Shown here in pieces: positions 1-15,000 of a stretch of 64,000 bases of DNA. Positions within the stretch are counted from its first letter, which is position 1, and each line of letters starts with the position of its first letter. Below the pieces are notes generated by a model that had not been told where the DNA came from, searched no databases, and saw nothing but the letters and a program-made list of their open reading frames with translations. Origin of the DNA: Eledone cirrhosa (lineage: Eukaryota); contig OZ024741.1 in NCBI GenBank assembly GCA_964016885.1, positions 410,998,001 to 411,062,000 on the forward strand. The letters run 5' to 3'. A program made the translations under genes and the position numbers.

Positions 1-3000
1 CTAACAACTGATGCAGGTAGTTTGTTCCATGGAGGTTTTAAAGGATGCAGTGTCTCGACAGCTAACAACTGATGCAGGTAGTTTGTTCCATGGAGGGTTT
101 AAAGGATGCAGTGTCTCGACAGCTAACAACTGATGCATTTAGTTTGTTCCATGGAGGTTTTAAAGGATGCAGTGTCTCGACAGCTAACAACTGATGCAGG
201 TAGTTTGTTCCATGGAGGGTTTAAAGGATGCAGTGTCTCGACAGCTAACAACTGATGCAGGTAGTTTGTTCCATGGAGGTTTTAAAGGATGCAGTGTCTC
301 GACAGCTAACAACTGATGCAGGTAGTTTGTTCCATGGAGGTTTTAAAGTATGCAGTGTCTCGACAGCTAACAACTGATGCAGGTAGTTTGTTCCATGGAG
401 GTTTTAAAGGATGCAGTGTTTCGACAGCTAACAACTGATGCAGGTAGTTTGTTCCATGGAGGTTTTAAAGGATGCAGTGTCTTGACAGCTAATAACTGAT
501 GCAGGTAGTTTGTTCCATGGAGGTTTTAAAGGATGCAGTGTCTAGACAGCTAATAACTGATGCAGGTAGTTTGTTCCATGGAGGTTTTAAAGGATGCAGT
601 GTCTCGACAGCTAACAACTGATGCAGGTAGTTTGTTCCATGGAGGTTTTAAAGGATGCAGTGTCTCGACAGCTAACAACTGATGCAGGTAGTTTGTTCCA
701 TGGAGGTTTTAAAGGATGCAGTGTCTCGACAGCTAACAACTGATGCAGGTAGTTTGTTCCATGGAGGTTTTAAAGGATGCAGTGTCTCGACAGCTAACAA
801 CTGATGCAGGTAGTTTGTTCCATGGAGGTTTTAAAGGATGCAGTGTTTCGACAGCTAACAACTGATGCAGGTAGTTTGTTCCATGGAGGTTTTAAAGGAT
901 GCAGTGTCTTGACAGCTAATAACTGATGCAGGTAGTTTGTTCCATGGAGGTTTTAAAGGATGCAGTGTCTAGACAGCTAATAACTGATGCAGGTAGTTTG
1001 TTCCATGGAGGTTTTAAAGGATGCAGTGTCTCGACAGCTAACAACTGATGCAGGTAGTTTGTTCCATGGAGGTTTTAAAGGATGCAGTGTCTCGACAGCT
1101 AACAACTGATGCAGGTAGTTTTGTTCCATGGAGGTTTTAAAGGATGCAGTGTCTCGACAGCTAACAACTGATGCAGGTAGTTTGTTCCATGGAGGTTTTA
1201 AAGGATGCAGTGTCTTGACAGCTAATAACTGATGCAGGTAGTTTGTTCCATGGAGGTTTTAAAGGATGCAGTGTCTCGACAGCTAACAACTGATGCAGGT
1301 AGTTTGGCCCATGGAGGTTTTAAAGGATGCAGTGTCTCGACAGCTAGCAACTGATGCAGGTAGTTTGTTCCATGGAGGTTTTAAAGGATGCAGTGTTTCG
1401 ACACCTAACAACTGATGCAGGTAGTTTGTTCCATGGAGGTTTTAAAGGATGCAGTGTCTCGACAGCTAACAACTGATGCAGGTAGTTTGTTCCATGGAGG
1501 TTTTAAAGGATGCAGTGTCTCGACAGCTAACAACTGATGCATTTAGTTTGTTCCATGGAGGTTTTAAAGGATGCAGTGTCTCGACAGCTAACAACTGATG
1601 CAGGTAGTTTGTTCCATGGAGGGTTTAAAGGATGCAGTGTCTCGACAGCTAACAACTGATGCAGGTAGTTTGTTCCATGGAGGTTTTAAAGGATGCAGTG
1701 TCTCGACAGCTAACAACTGATGCAGGTAGTTTGTTCCATGGAGGTTTTAAAGTATGCAGTGTCTCGACAGCTAACAACTGATGCAGGTAGTTTGTTCCAT
1801 GGAGGTTTTAAAGGATGCAGTGTTTCGACAGCTAACAACTGATGCAGGTAGTTTGTTCCATGGAGGTTTTAAAGGATGCAGTGTCTTGACAGCTAATAAC
1901 TGATGCAGGTAGTTTGTTCCATGGAGGTTTTAAAGGATGCAGTGTCTAGACAGCTAATAACTGATGCAGGTAGTTTGTTCCATGGAGGTTTTAAAGGATG
2001 CAGTGTCTCGACAGCTAACAACTGATGCAGGTAGTTTGTTCCATGGAGGTTTTAAAGGATGCAGTGTCTCGACAGCTAACAACTGATGCAGGTAGTTTGT
2101 TCCATGGAGGTTTTAAAGGATGCAGTGTCTCGACAGCTAACAACTGATGCAGGTAGTTTGTTCCATGGAGGTTTTAAAGGATGCAGTGTTTCGACAGCTA
2201 ACAACTGATGCAGGTAGTTTGTTCCATGGAGGTTTTAAAGGATGCAGTGTCTTGACAGCTAATAACTGATGCAGGTAGTTTGTTCCATGGAGGTTTTAAA
2301 GGATGCAGTGTCTAAACAGCTAATAACTGATGCAGGTAGTTTCTTCCATGGAGGTTTTAAAGGATGCAGTGTCTCGACAGCTAACAACTGATGCAGGTAG
2401 TTTGTTCCATGGAGGTTTTAAAGGATGCAGTGTCTCGACAGCTAACAACTGATGCAGGTAGTTTGTTCCATGGAGGTTTTAAAGTATGCAGTGTCTTGAC
2501 AGCTAACAACTGATGGAGTTAGTTTGTTCCATGGAGGTTTTAAAGGATGCAGTGTCTCGACAGCTAACAACTGATGCAGGTAGTTTGTTCCATGGAGGGT
2601 TTAAAGGATGCAGTGTCTCGACAGCTAACAACTGATGCAGGTAGTTTGTTCCATGGAGGTTTTAAAGTATGCAGTGTCTCGACAGCTAACAACTGATGCA
2701 GGTAGTTTGTTCCATGGAGGTTTTAAAGGATGCAGTGTCTTGACAGCTAATAACTGATGCAGGTAGTTTGTTCCATGGAGGTTTTAAAGGATGCAGTGTC
2801 TCGACAGCTAACAACTGATGCAGGTAGTTTGTTCCATGGAGGGTTTAAAGGATGCAGTGTCTCGACAGCTAACAACTGATGCAGGTAGTTTGTTCCATGG
2901 AGGTTTTAAAGTATGCAGTGTCTCGACAGCTAACAACTGATGCAGGTAGTTTGTTCCATGGAGGTTTTAAAGGATGCAGTGTCTCGACAGCTAACAACTG

Positions 3001-6000
3001 ATGCAGGTAGTTTGTTCCATGGAGGTTTTAAAGGATGCAGTGTCTCGACAGCTAACAACTGATGCAGGTAGTTTGTTCCATGGAGGTTTTAAAGGATGCA
3101 GTGTTTCGACAGCTAACAACTGATGCAGGTAGTTTGTTCCATGGAGGTTTTAAAGGATGCAGTGTCTTGACAGCTAATAACTGATGCAGGTAGTTTGTTC
3201 CATGGAGGTTTTAAAGGATGCAGTGTCTAAACAGCTAATAACTGATGCAGGTAGTTTGTTCCATGGAGGTTTTAAAGGATGCAGTGTCTCGACAGCTAAC
3301 AACTGATGCAGGTAGTTTGTTCCATGGAGGTTTTAAAGGATGCAGTGTCTCGACAGCTAACAACTGATGCAGGTAGTTTGTTCCATGGAGGTTTTAAAGG
3401 ATGCAGTGTCTCGACAGCTAACAACTGATGCAGGTAGTTTGTTCCATGGAGGTTTTAAAGGATGCAGTGTCTCGACAGCTAACAACTGATGCAGGTAGTT
3501 TGTTCCATGGAGGTTTTAAAGGATGCAGTGTCTAGACAGCTAATAACTGATGCATGTAGTTTGTTCCATGGAGGTTTTAAAGGATGCAGTGTCTCGACAG
3601 CTAACAACTGATGCAGGTAGTTTGTTCCATGGAGGTTTTAAAGGATGCAGTGTCTCGACAGCTAACAACTGATGCAGATAGTTTGTTCCATGGAGGTTTT
3701 AATGGATGCAGTGTCTCGACAGCTAACAACTGATGCAGGTAGTTTGTTCCATGGAGGTTTTAAAGGATGCAGTGTCTCGACAGCTAACAACTGATGCAGT
3801 TAGTTTGTTCCATGGAGGTTTTAATGGATGCAGTGTCTCGACAGCTAACAACTGATGCAGGTAGTTTGTTCCATGGAGGTTTTAAAGGATGCAGTGTCTC
3901 GACAGCTAACAACTGATGCATTTAGTTTGTTCCATGGAGGTTTTAAAGGATGCAGTGTCTCGACAGCTAACAACTGATGCAGGTAGTTTGTTCCATGGAG
4001 GGTTTAAAGGATGCAGTGTCTCGACAGCTAACAACTGATGCAGGTAGTTTGTTCCATGGAGGTTTTAAAGGATGCAGTGTCTCGACAGCTAACAACTGAT
4101 GCAGGTAGTTTGTTCCATGGAGGTTTTAAAGTATGCAGTGTCTCGACAGCTAACAACTGATGCAGGTAGTTTGTTCCATGGAGGTTTTAAAGGATGCAGT
4201 GTCTCGACAGCTAACAACTGATGCAGGTAGTTTGTTCCATGGAGGTTTTAAAGGATGCAGTGTTTCGACAGCTAACAACTGATGCAGGTAGTTTGTTCCA
4301 TGGAGGTTTTAAAGGATGCAGTGTCTCGACAGCTAACAACTGATGCAGGTAGTTTGTTCCATGGAGGTTTTAAAGGATGCAGTGTCTCGACAGCTAACAA
4401 CTGATGCAGGTAGTTTGTTCCATGGAGGTTTTAAAGTATGCAGTGTCTCGACAGCTAACAACCGATGCAGGTAGTTTGTTCCATGGAGGTTTTAAAGGAT
4501 GCAGTGTCTCGACAGCTAACAACTGATGCAGGTAGTTTGTTCCATGGAGGTGTTAAAGGATGCAGTGTCTCGACAGCTAACAACTGATGCAGGTAGTTTG
4601 TTCCATGGAGGTTTTAAAGGATGCAGTGTCTCGACAGCTAACAACTGATGCAGGTAGTTTGTTCCATGGAGGTTTTAAAGGATGCAGTGTCTCGACAGCT
4701 AACAACTGATGCAGGTAGTTTGTTCCATGGAGGTTTTAAAGGATGCAGTGTCTCGACAGCTAACAACTGATGCAGGTAGTTTGTTCCATGGAGGTTTTAA
4801 AGGATGCAGTGTTTCGACAGCTAACAACTGATGCAGGTAGTTTGTTCCATGGAGGTGTTAAAGGATGCAGTGTCTCGACAGCTAACAACTGATGCAGGTA
4901 GTTTGTTCCATGGAGGTTTTAAAGGATGCAGTGTCTCGACAGCTAACAACTGATGCATTTAGTTTGTTCCATGGAGGTTTTAAAGGATGCAGTGTCTTGA
5001 CAGCTAACAACTGATGCAGGTAGTTTGTTCCATGGAGGGTTTAAAGGATGCAGTGTCTCGACAGCTAACAACTGATGCAGGTAGTTTGTTCCATGGAGGT
5101 TTTAAAGGATGCAGTGTCTCGACAGCTAACAACTGATGCAGGTAGTTTGTTCCATGGAGGTTTTAAAGGATGCAGTGTCTCGACAGCTAACAACTGATGC
5201 AGGTAGTTTGTTCCATGGAGGTTTTAAAGGATGCAGTGTTTCGACAGCTAACAACTGATGCAGGTAGTTTGTTCCATGGAGGTTTTAAAGGATGCAGTGT
5301 CTTGACAGCTAATAACTGATGCAGGTAGTTTGTTCCATGGAGGTTTTAAAGGATGCAGTGTCTAGACAGCTAATAACTGATGCAGGTAGTTTGTTCCATG
5401 GAGGTTTTAAAGGATGCAGTGTCTCGACAGCTAACAACTGATGCAGGTAGTTTGTTCCATGGAGGTTTTAAAGGATGCAGTGTCTCGACAGCTAACAACT
5501 GATGCAGGTAGTTTGTTCCATGGAGGTTTTAAAGGATGCAGTGTCTCGACAGCTAACAACTGATGCAGGTAGTTTGTTCCATGGAGGTTTTAAAGGATGC
5601 AGTGTCTCGACAGCTAACAACTGATGCATTTAGTTTGTTCCATGGAGGTTTTAAAGGATGCAGTGTCTCGACAGCTAACAACTGATGCAGGTAGTTTGTT
5701 CTATGGAGGGTTTAAAGGATGCAGTGTCTCGACAGCTAACAACTGATGCAGGTAGTTTGTTCCATGGAGGTTTTAAAGGATGCAGTGTCTCGACAGCTAA
5801 CAACTGATGCAGGTAGTTTGTTCCATGGAGGTTTTAAAGTATGCAGTGTCTCGACAGCTAACAACTGATGCAGGTAGTTTGTTCCATGGAGGTTTTAAAG
5901 GATGCAGTGTTTCGACAGCTAACAACTGATGCAGGTAGTTTGTTCCATGGAGGTTTTAAAGGATGCAGTGTCTTGACAGCTAATAACTGATGCAGGTAGT

Positions 6001-9000
6001 TTGTTCCATGGAGGTTTTAAAGGATGCAGTGTCTAGACAGCTAATAACTGATGCCGGTAGTTTGTTCCATGGAGGTTTTAAAGAATGCAGTGTCTCGACA
6101 GCTAACAACTGATGCAGGTAGTTTGTTCCATGGAGGTTTTAAAGGATGCAGTGTCTCGACAGCTAACAACTGATGCAGGTAGTTTGTTCCATGGAGGTTT
6201 TAAAGGATGCAGTGTCTCGACAGCTAACAACTGATGCAGGTAGTTTGTTCCATGGAGGTTTTAAAGGATGCAGTGTCTCGACAGCTAACAACTGATGCAG
6301 GTAGTTTGTTCCATGGAGGTTTTAAAGGATGCAGTGTTTCGACAGCTAACAACTGATGCAGGTAGTTTGTTCCATGGAGGTTTTAAAGGATGCAGTGTCT
6401 TGACAGCTAATAACTGATGCAGGTAGTTTGTTCCATGGAGGTTTTAAAGGATGCAGTGTCTAAACAGCTAATAACTGATGCAGGTAGTTTGTTCCATGGA
6501 GGTTTTAAAGGATGCAGTGTCTCGACAGCTAACAACTGATGCAGGTAGTTTGTTCCATGGAGGTTTTAAAGGATGCAGTGTCTCGACAGCTAACAACTGA
6601 TGCAGGTAGTTTGTTCCATGGAGGTTTTAAAGTATGCAGTGTCTCGACAGCTAACAACTGATGGAGTTAGTTTGTTCCATGGAGGTTTTAAAGGATGCAG
6701 TGTCTCGACAGCTAACAACTGATGCAGGTAGTTTGTTCCATGGAGGTTTTAAAGGATGCAGTGTCTCGACAGCTAACAACTGATGCAGGTAGTTTGTTCC
6801 ATGGAGGTTTTAAAGGATGCAGTGTCTCGACAGCTAACAACTGATGCAGGTAGTTTGTTCCATGGAGGTTTTAAAGGATGCAGTGTCTCGACAGCTAACA
6901 ACTGATGCAGGTAGTTTGTTCCATGGAGGTTTTAAAGGATGCAGTGTCTAGACAGCTAATAACTGATGCATGTAGTTTGTTCCATGGAGGTTTTAAAGGA
7001 TGCAGTGTCTCGACAGCTAACAACTGATGCAGGTAGTTTGTTCCATGGAGGTTTTAAAGGATGCAGTGTCTCGACAGCTAACAACTGATGCAGCTAGTTT
7101 GTTCCATGGAGGTTTTAATGGATGCAGTGTCTCGACAGCTAACAACTGATGCAGGTAGTTTGTTCCATGGAGGTTTTAAAGGATGCAGTGTCTCGACAGC
7201 TAACAACTGATGCAGTTAGTTTGTTCCATGGAGGTTTTAATGGATGCAGTGTCTCGACAGCTAACAACTGATGCAGGTAGTTTGTTCCATGGAGGTTTTA
7301 AAGGATGCAGTGTCTCGACAGCTAACAACTGATGCAGGTAGTTTGTTCCATGGAGGTTTTAAAGGATGCAGTGTTTCGACACCTAACAACTGATGCAGGT
7401 AGTTTGTTCCATGGAGGTTTTAAAGGATGCAGTGTCTCGACAGCTAACAACTGATGCAGGTAGTTTGTTCCATGGAGGTTTTAAAGGATGCAGTGTCTCG
7501 ACAGCTAACAACTGATGCAGGTAGTTTGTTCCATGGAGGTTTTAAAGGATGCAGTGTCTCGACAGCTAACAACTGATGCATTTAGTTTGTTCCATGGAGG
7601 TTTTAAAGGATGCAGTGTCTCGACAGCTAACAACTGATGCAGGTAGTTTGTTCCATGGAGGGTTTAAAGGATGCAGTGTCTCGACAGCTAACAACTGATG
7701 CAGGTAGTTTGTTCCATGGAGGTTTTAAAGTATGCAGTGTCTCGACAGCTAACAACTGATGCAGGTAGTTTGTTCCATGGAGGTTTTAAAGGATGCAGTG
7801 TCTCGACAGCTAACAACTGATGCAGGTAGTTTGTTCCATGGAGGTTTTAAAGGATGCAGTGTTTCGACAGCTAACAACTGATGCAGGTAGTTTGTTCCAT
7901 GGAGGTTTTAAAGGATGCAGTGTCTCGACAGCTAATAACTGATGCAGGTAGTTTGTTCCATGGAGGTTTTAAAGGATGCAGTGTCTCGACAGCTAACAAC
8001 TGATGCAGGTAGTTTGTTCCATGGAGGTTTTAAAGGATGCAGTGTCTCGACAGCTAACAACTGATGCAGGTAGTTTGTTCCATGGAGGTTTTAAAGGATG
8101 CAGTGTTTCGACAGCTAACAACTGATGCAGGTAGTTTGTTCCATGGAGGTTTTAAAGGATGCAGTGTCTCGACAGCTAACAACTGATGCAGGTAGTTTGT
8201 TCCATGGAGGTTTTAAAGGATGCAGTGTCTCGACAGCTAACAACTGATGCATTTAGTTTGTTCCATGGAGGTTTTAAAGGATGCAGTGTCTCGACAGCTA
8301 ACAACTGATGCAGGTAGTTTGTTCCATGGAGGGTTTAAAGGATGCAGTGTCTCGACAGCTAACAACTGATGCAGGTAGTTTGTTCCATGGAGGTTTTAAA
8401 GGATGCAGTGTCTCGACAGCTAACAACTGATGCAGGTAGTTTGTTCCATGGAGGTTTTAAAGTATGCAGTGTCTCGACAGCTAACAACTGATGCAGGTAG
8501 TTTGTTCCATGGAGGTTTTAAAGGATGCAGTGTTTCGACAGCTAACAACTGATGCAGGTAGTTTGTTCCATGGAGGTTTTAAAGGATGCAGTGTCTTGAC
8601 AGCTAATAACTGATGCAGGTAGTTTGTTCCATGGAGGTTTTAAAGGATGCAGTGTCTAGACAGCTAATAACTGATGCAGATAGTTTGTTCCATGGAGGTT
8701 TTAAAGGATGCAGTGTCTCGACAGCTAACAACTGATGCAGGTAGTTTGTTCCATGGAGGTTTTAAAGGATGCAGTGTCTCGACAGCTAACAACTGATGCA
8801 GGTAGTTTGTTCCATGGAGGTTTTAAAGGATGCAGTGTCTCGACAGCTAACAACTGATGCAGGTAGTTTGTTCCATGGAGGTTTTAAAGGATGCAGTGTC
8901 GCGACAGCTAACAACTGATGCAGGTAGTTTGTTCCATGGAGGTTTTAAAGGATGCAGTGTTTCGACAGCTAACAACTGGTGCAGGTAGTTTGTTCCATGG

Positions 9001-12000
9001 AGGTTTTAAAGGATGCAGTGTCTTGACAGCTAATAACTGATGCAGGTAGTTTGTTCCATGGAGGTTTTAAAGGATGCAGTGTCTAGACAGCTAATAACTG
9101 ATGCAGGTAGTTTGTTCCATGGAGGTTTTAAAGGATGCAGTGTCTCGACAGCTAACAACTGATGCAGGTAGTTTGTTCCATGGAGGTTTTAAAGGATGCA
9201 GTGTCTCGACAGCTAACAACTGATGCAGGTAGTTTGTTCCATGGAGGTTTTAAAGTATGCAGTGTCTTGACAGCTAACAACTGATGGAGTTAGTTTGTTC
9301 CATGGAGGTTTTAAAGGATGCAGTGTCTCGACAGCTAACAACTGATGCAGGTAGTTTGTTCCATGGAGGTTTTAAAGGATGCAGTGTGTCGACAGCTAAC
9401 AACTGATGCAGGTAGTTTGTTCCATGGAGGTTTTAAAGGATGCAGTGTCTCGACAGCTAACAACTGATGCATTTAGTTTGTTCCATGGAGGTTTTAAAGG
9501 ATGCAGTGTCTCGACAGCTAACAACTGATGCAGTTAGTTTGTTCCATGGAGGTTTTAATGGATGCAGTGTCTCGACAGCTAACAACTGATGCAGGTAGTT
9601 TGTTGCATGGAGGTTTTAAAGGATGCAGTGTCTCGACAGCTAACAACTGATGCAATTAGTTTGTTCCATGGAGGTTTTAATGGATGCAGTGTCTCGACAG
9701 CTAACAACTGATGCAGGTAGTTTGTTCCATGGAGGTTTTAAAGGATGCAGTGTCTCGACAGCTAACAACTGATGCAGGTAGTTTGTTCCATGGAGGTTTT
9801 AAAGGATGCAGTGTTTCGACACCTAACAACTGATGCAGGTAGTTTGTTCCATGGAGGTTTTAAAGGATGCAGTGTCTAGACAGCTAATAACTGATGCAGG
9901 TAGTTTGTTCCATGGAGGTTTTAAAGGATGCAGTGTCTCGACAGCTAACAACTGATGCAGGTAGTTTGTTCCATGGAGGTTTTAAAGGATGCAGTGTCTC
10001 GACAGCTAACAACTGATGCATTTAGTTTGTTCCATGGAGGTTTTAAAGGATGCAGTGTCTCGACAGCTAACAACTGATGCAGGTAGTTTGTTCCATGGAG
10101 GTTTTAAAGGATGCAGTGTCTCGACAGCTAACAACTGATGCAGGTAGTTTGTTCCATGGAGGGTTTAAAGGATGCAGTGTCTCGACAGCTAACAACTGAT
10201 GCAGGTAGTTTGTTCCATGGAGGTTTTAAAGTATGCAGTGTCTCGACAGCTAACAACTGATGCAGGTAGTTTGTTCCATGGAGGTTTTAAAGGATGCAGT
10301 GTCTCGACAGCTAACAACTGATGCAGGTAGTTTGTTCCATGCAGGTTTTAAAGGATGCAGTGTCTCGACAGCTAACAACTGATGCAGGTAGTTTGTTCCA
10401 TGGAGGTTTTAAAGGATGCAGTGTCTCGACAGCTAACAACTGATGCAGGTAGTTTGTTCCATGGAGGTTTTAAAGGATGCAGTGTTTCGACAGCTAACAA
10501 CTGATGCAGGTAGTTTGTTCCATGGAGGTTTTAAAGGATGCAGTGTCTCGACAGCTAATAACTGATGCAGGTAGTTTGTTCCATGGAGGTTTTAAAGGAT
10601 GCAGTGTCTCGAGAGCTAACAACTGATGCAGGTAGTTTGTTCCATGGAGGTTTTAAAGGATGCAGTGTCTCGACAGCTAACAACTGATGCAGGTAGTTTG
10701 TTCCATGGAGGTTTTAAAGGATGCAGTGTTTCGACAGCTAACAACTGATGCAGGTAGTTTGTTCCATGGAGGTTTTAAAGGATGCAGTGTCTCGACAGCT
10801 AATAACTGATGCAGGTAGTTTGTTCCATGGAGGTTTTAAAGGATGCAGTGTCTCGAGAGCTAACAACTGATGCAGGTAGTTTGTTCCATGGAGGTTTTAA
10901 AGGATGCAGTGTCTCGACAGCTAACAACTGATGCAGGTAGTTTGTTCCATGGAGGTTTTAAAGGATGCAGTGTTTCGACAGCTAACAACTGATGCAGGTA
11001 GTTTGTTCCATGGAGGTTTTAAAGGATGCAGTGTCTCGACAGCTAATAACTGATGCAGGTAGTTTGTTCCATGGAGGTTTTAAAGGATGCAGTGTCTCGA
11101 GAGCTAACAACTGATGCAGGTAGTTTGTTCCATGGAGGTTTTAAAGGATGCAGTGTCTCGACAGCTAACAACTGATGCAGGTAGTTTGTTCCATGGAGGT
11201 TTTAAAGGATGCAGTGTTTCGACAGCTAATAACTGATGCAGGTAGTTTGTTCCATGGAGGTTTTAAAGGATGCAGTGTCTCGAGAGCTAACAACTGATGC
11301 AGGTAGTTTGTTCCATGGAGGTTTTAAAGGATGCAGTGTCTCGACAGCTAACAACTGATGCAGGTAGTTTGTTCCATGGAGGTTTTAAAGGATGCAGTGT
11401 TTCGACAGCTAACAACTGATGCAGGTAGTTTGTTCCATGGAGGTTTTAAAGGATGCAGTGTCTCGACAGCTAATAACTGATGCAGGTAGTTTGTTCCATG
11501 GAGGTTTTAAAGGATGCAGTGTCTCGAGAGCTAACAACTGATGCAGGTAGTTTGTTCCATGGAGGTTTTAAAGGATGCAGTGTCTCGACAGCTAACAACT
11601 GATGCAGGTAGTTTGTTCCATGGAGGTTTTAAAGGATGCAGTGTTTCGACAGCTAACAACTGATGCAGGTAGTTTGTTCCATGGAGGTTTTAAAGGATGC
11701 AGTGTCTCGACAGCTAACAACTGATGCAGGTAGTTTGTTCCATGGAGGTTTTAAAGGATGCAGTGTCTCGACAGGTAACAACTGATGCATTTAGTTTGTT
11801 CCATGGAGGTTTTAAAGGATGCAGTGTCTCGACAGCTAACAACTGATGCAGGTAGTTTGTTCCATGGAGGGTTTAAAGGATGCAGTGTCTCGACAGCTAA
11901 CAACTGATGCAGGTAGTTTGTTCCATGGAGGTTTTAAAGGATGCAGTGTCTCGACAGCTAACAACTGATGCAGGTAGTTTGTTCCATGGAGGTTTTAAAG

Positions 12001-15000
12001 TATGCAGTGTCTCGACAGCTAACAACTGATGCAGGTAGTTTGTTCCATGGAGGTTTTAAAGGATGCAGTGTTTCGACAGCTAACAACTGATGCAGGTAGT
12101 TTGTTCCATGGAGGTTTTAAAGGATGCAGTGTCTTGACAGCTAATAACTGATGCAGGTAGTTTGTTCCATGGAGGTTTTAAAGGATGCAGTGTCTAGACA
12201 GCTAATAACTGATGCAGGTAGTTTGTTCCATGGAGGTTTTAAAGGATGCAGTGTCTCGACAGCTAACAACTGATGCAGTTAGTTTGTTCCATGGAGGTTT
12301 TAATGGATGCAGTGTCTCGACAGCTAACAACTGATGCAGTTAGTTTGTTCCATGGAGGTTTTAAAGGATGCAGTGTCTTGACAGCTAATAACTGATGCAG
12401 GTAGTTTGTTCCATGGAGGTTTTAAAGGATGCAGTGTCTAGACAGCTAATAACTGATGCAGGTAGTTTGTTCCATGGAGGTTTTAAAGGATGCAGTGTCT
12501 CGACAGCTAACAACTGATGCAGGTAGTTTGTTCCATGGAGGTTTTAAAGGATGCAGTGTCTCGACAGCTAACAACTGATGCAGGTAGTTTGTTCCATGGA
12601 GGTTTTAAAGGATGCAGTGTCTCGACAGCTAACAACTGATGCAGTTAGTTTGTTCCATGGAGGTTTTAATGGATGCAGTGTCTCGACAGCTAACAACTGA
12701 TGCAGTTAGTTTGTTCCATGGAGGTTTTAAAGGATGCAGTGTCTTGACAGCTAATAACTGATGCAGGTAGTTTGTTCCATGGAGGTTTTAAAGGATGCAG
12801 TGTCTAGACAGCTAATAACTGATGCAGGTAGTTTGTTCCATGGAGGTTTTAAAGGATGCAGTGTCTCGACAGCTAACAACTGATGCAGGTAGTTTGTTCC
12901 ATGGAGGTTTTAAAGGATGCAGTGTCTCGACAGCTAACAACTGATGCAGGTAGTTTGTTCCATGGAGGTTTTAAAGGATGCAGTGTCTCGACAGCTAACA
13001 ACTGATGCAGTTAGTTTGTTCCATGGAGGTTTTAATGGATGCAGTGTCTCGACAGCTAACAACTGATGCAGGTAGTTTGTTCCATGGAGGTTTTAAAGGA
13101 TGCAGTGTCTCGACAGCTAACAACTGATGCAGGTAGTTTGTTCCATGGAGGTTTTAAAGGATGCAGTGTTTCGACACCTAACAACTGATGCAGGTAGTTT
13201 GTTCCATGGAGGTTTTAAAGGATGCAGTGTCTCGACAGCTAATAACTGATGCAGGTAGTTTGTTCCATGGAGGTTTTAAAGGATGCAGTGTCTCGACAGC
13301 TAACAACTGATGCAGGTAGTTTGTTCCATGGAGGTTTTAAAGGATGCAGTGTCTCGACAGCTAACAACTGATGCATTTAGTTTGTTCCATGGAGGTTTTA
13401 AAGGATGCAGTGTCTCGACAGCTAACAACTGATGCAGGTAGTTTGTTCCATGGAGGGTTTAAAGGATGCAGTGTCTCGATAGCTAACAACTGATGCAGGT
13501 AGTTTGTTCCATGGAGGTTTTAAAGTATGCAGTGTCTCGACAGCTAACAACTGATGCAGGTAGTTTGTTCCATGGAGGTTTTAAAGGATGCAGTGTCTCG
13601 ACAGCTAACAACTGATGCAGGTAGTTTGTTCCATGGAGGTTTTAAAGGATGCAGTGTTTCGACAGCTAACAACTGATGCAGGTAGTTTGTTCCATGGAGG
13701 TTTTAAAGGATGCAGTGTCTCGACAGCTAACAACTGATGCAGGTAGTTTGTTCCATGGAGGTTTTAAAGGATGCAGTGTCTCGACAGCTAACAACTGATG
13801 CAGGTAGTTTGTTCCATGGAGGTTTTAAAGGATGCAGTGTCTCGACAGCTAACAACTGATGCAGGTAGTTTGTTCCATGGAGGTTTTAAAGGATGCAGTG
13901 TTTCGACAGCTAACAACTGATGCAGGTAGTTTGTTCCATGGAGGTTTTAAAGGATGCAGTGTCTTGACAGCTAATAACTGATGCAGGTAGTTTGTTCCAT
14001 GGAGGTTTTAAAGGATGCAGTGTCTAGACAGCTAATAACTGATGCAGGTAGTTTGGTCCATGGAGGTTTTAAAGGATGCAGTGTCTCGACAGCTAACAAC
14101 TGATGCAGGTAGTTTGTTCCATGGAGGTTTTAAAGGATGCAGTGTCTCGACAGCTAACAACTGATGCAGGTAGTTTGTTCCATGGAGGTTTTAAAGTATG
14201 CAGTGTCTCGACAGCTAACAACTGATGGAGTTAGTTTGTTCCATGGAGGTTTTAAAGGATGCAGTGTCTCGACAGCTAACAACTGATGCAGGTAGTTTGT
14301 TCCATGGAGGTTTTAAAGGATGCAGTGTGTCGACAGCTAACAACTGATGCAGGTAGTTTGTTCCATGGAGGTTTTAAAGGATGCAGTGTCTCGACAGCTA
14401 ACAACTGATGCATTTAGTTTGTTCCATGGAGGTTTTAAAGGATGCAGTGTCTCGACAGCTAACAACTGATGCAGTTAGTTTGTTCCATGGAGGTTTTAAT
14501 GGATGCAGTGTCTCGACAGCTAACAACTGATGCAGGTAGTTTGTTCCATGGAGGTTTTAAAGGATGCAGTGTCTCGACAGCTAACAACTGATGCAGTTAG
14601 TTTGTTCCATGGAGGTTTTAATGGATGCAGTGTCTCGACAGCTAACAACTGATGCAGGTAGTTTGTTCCATGGAGGTTTTAAAGGATGCAGTGTCTCGAC
14701 AGCTAACAACTGATGCAGGTAGTTTGTTCCATGGAGGTTTTAAAGGATGCAGTGTTTCGACACCTAACAACTGATGCAGGTAGTTTGTTCCATGGAGGTT
14801 TTAAAGGATGCAGTGTCTCGACAGCTAATAACTGATGCAGGTAGTTTGTTCCATGGAGGTTTTAAAGGATGCAGTGTCTCGACAGCTAACAACTGATGCA
14901 GGTAGTTTGTTCCATGGAGGTTTTAAAGGATGCAGTGTCTCGACAGCTAACAACTGATGCATTTAGTTTGTTCCATGGAGGTTTTAAAGGATGCAGTGTC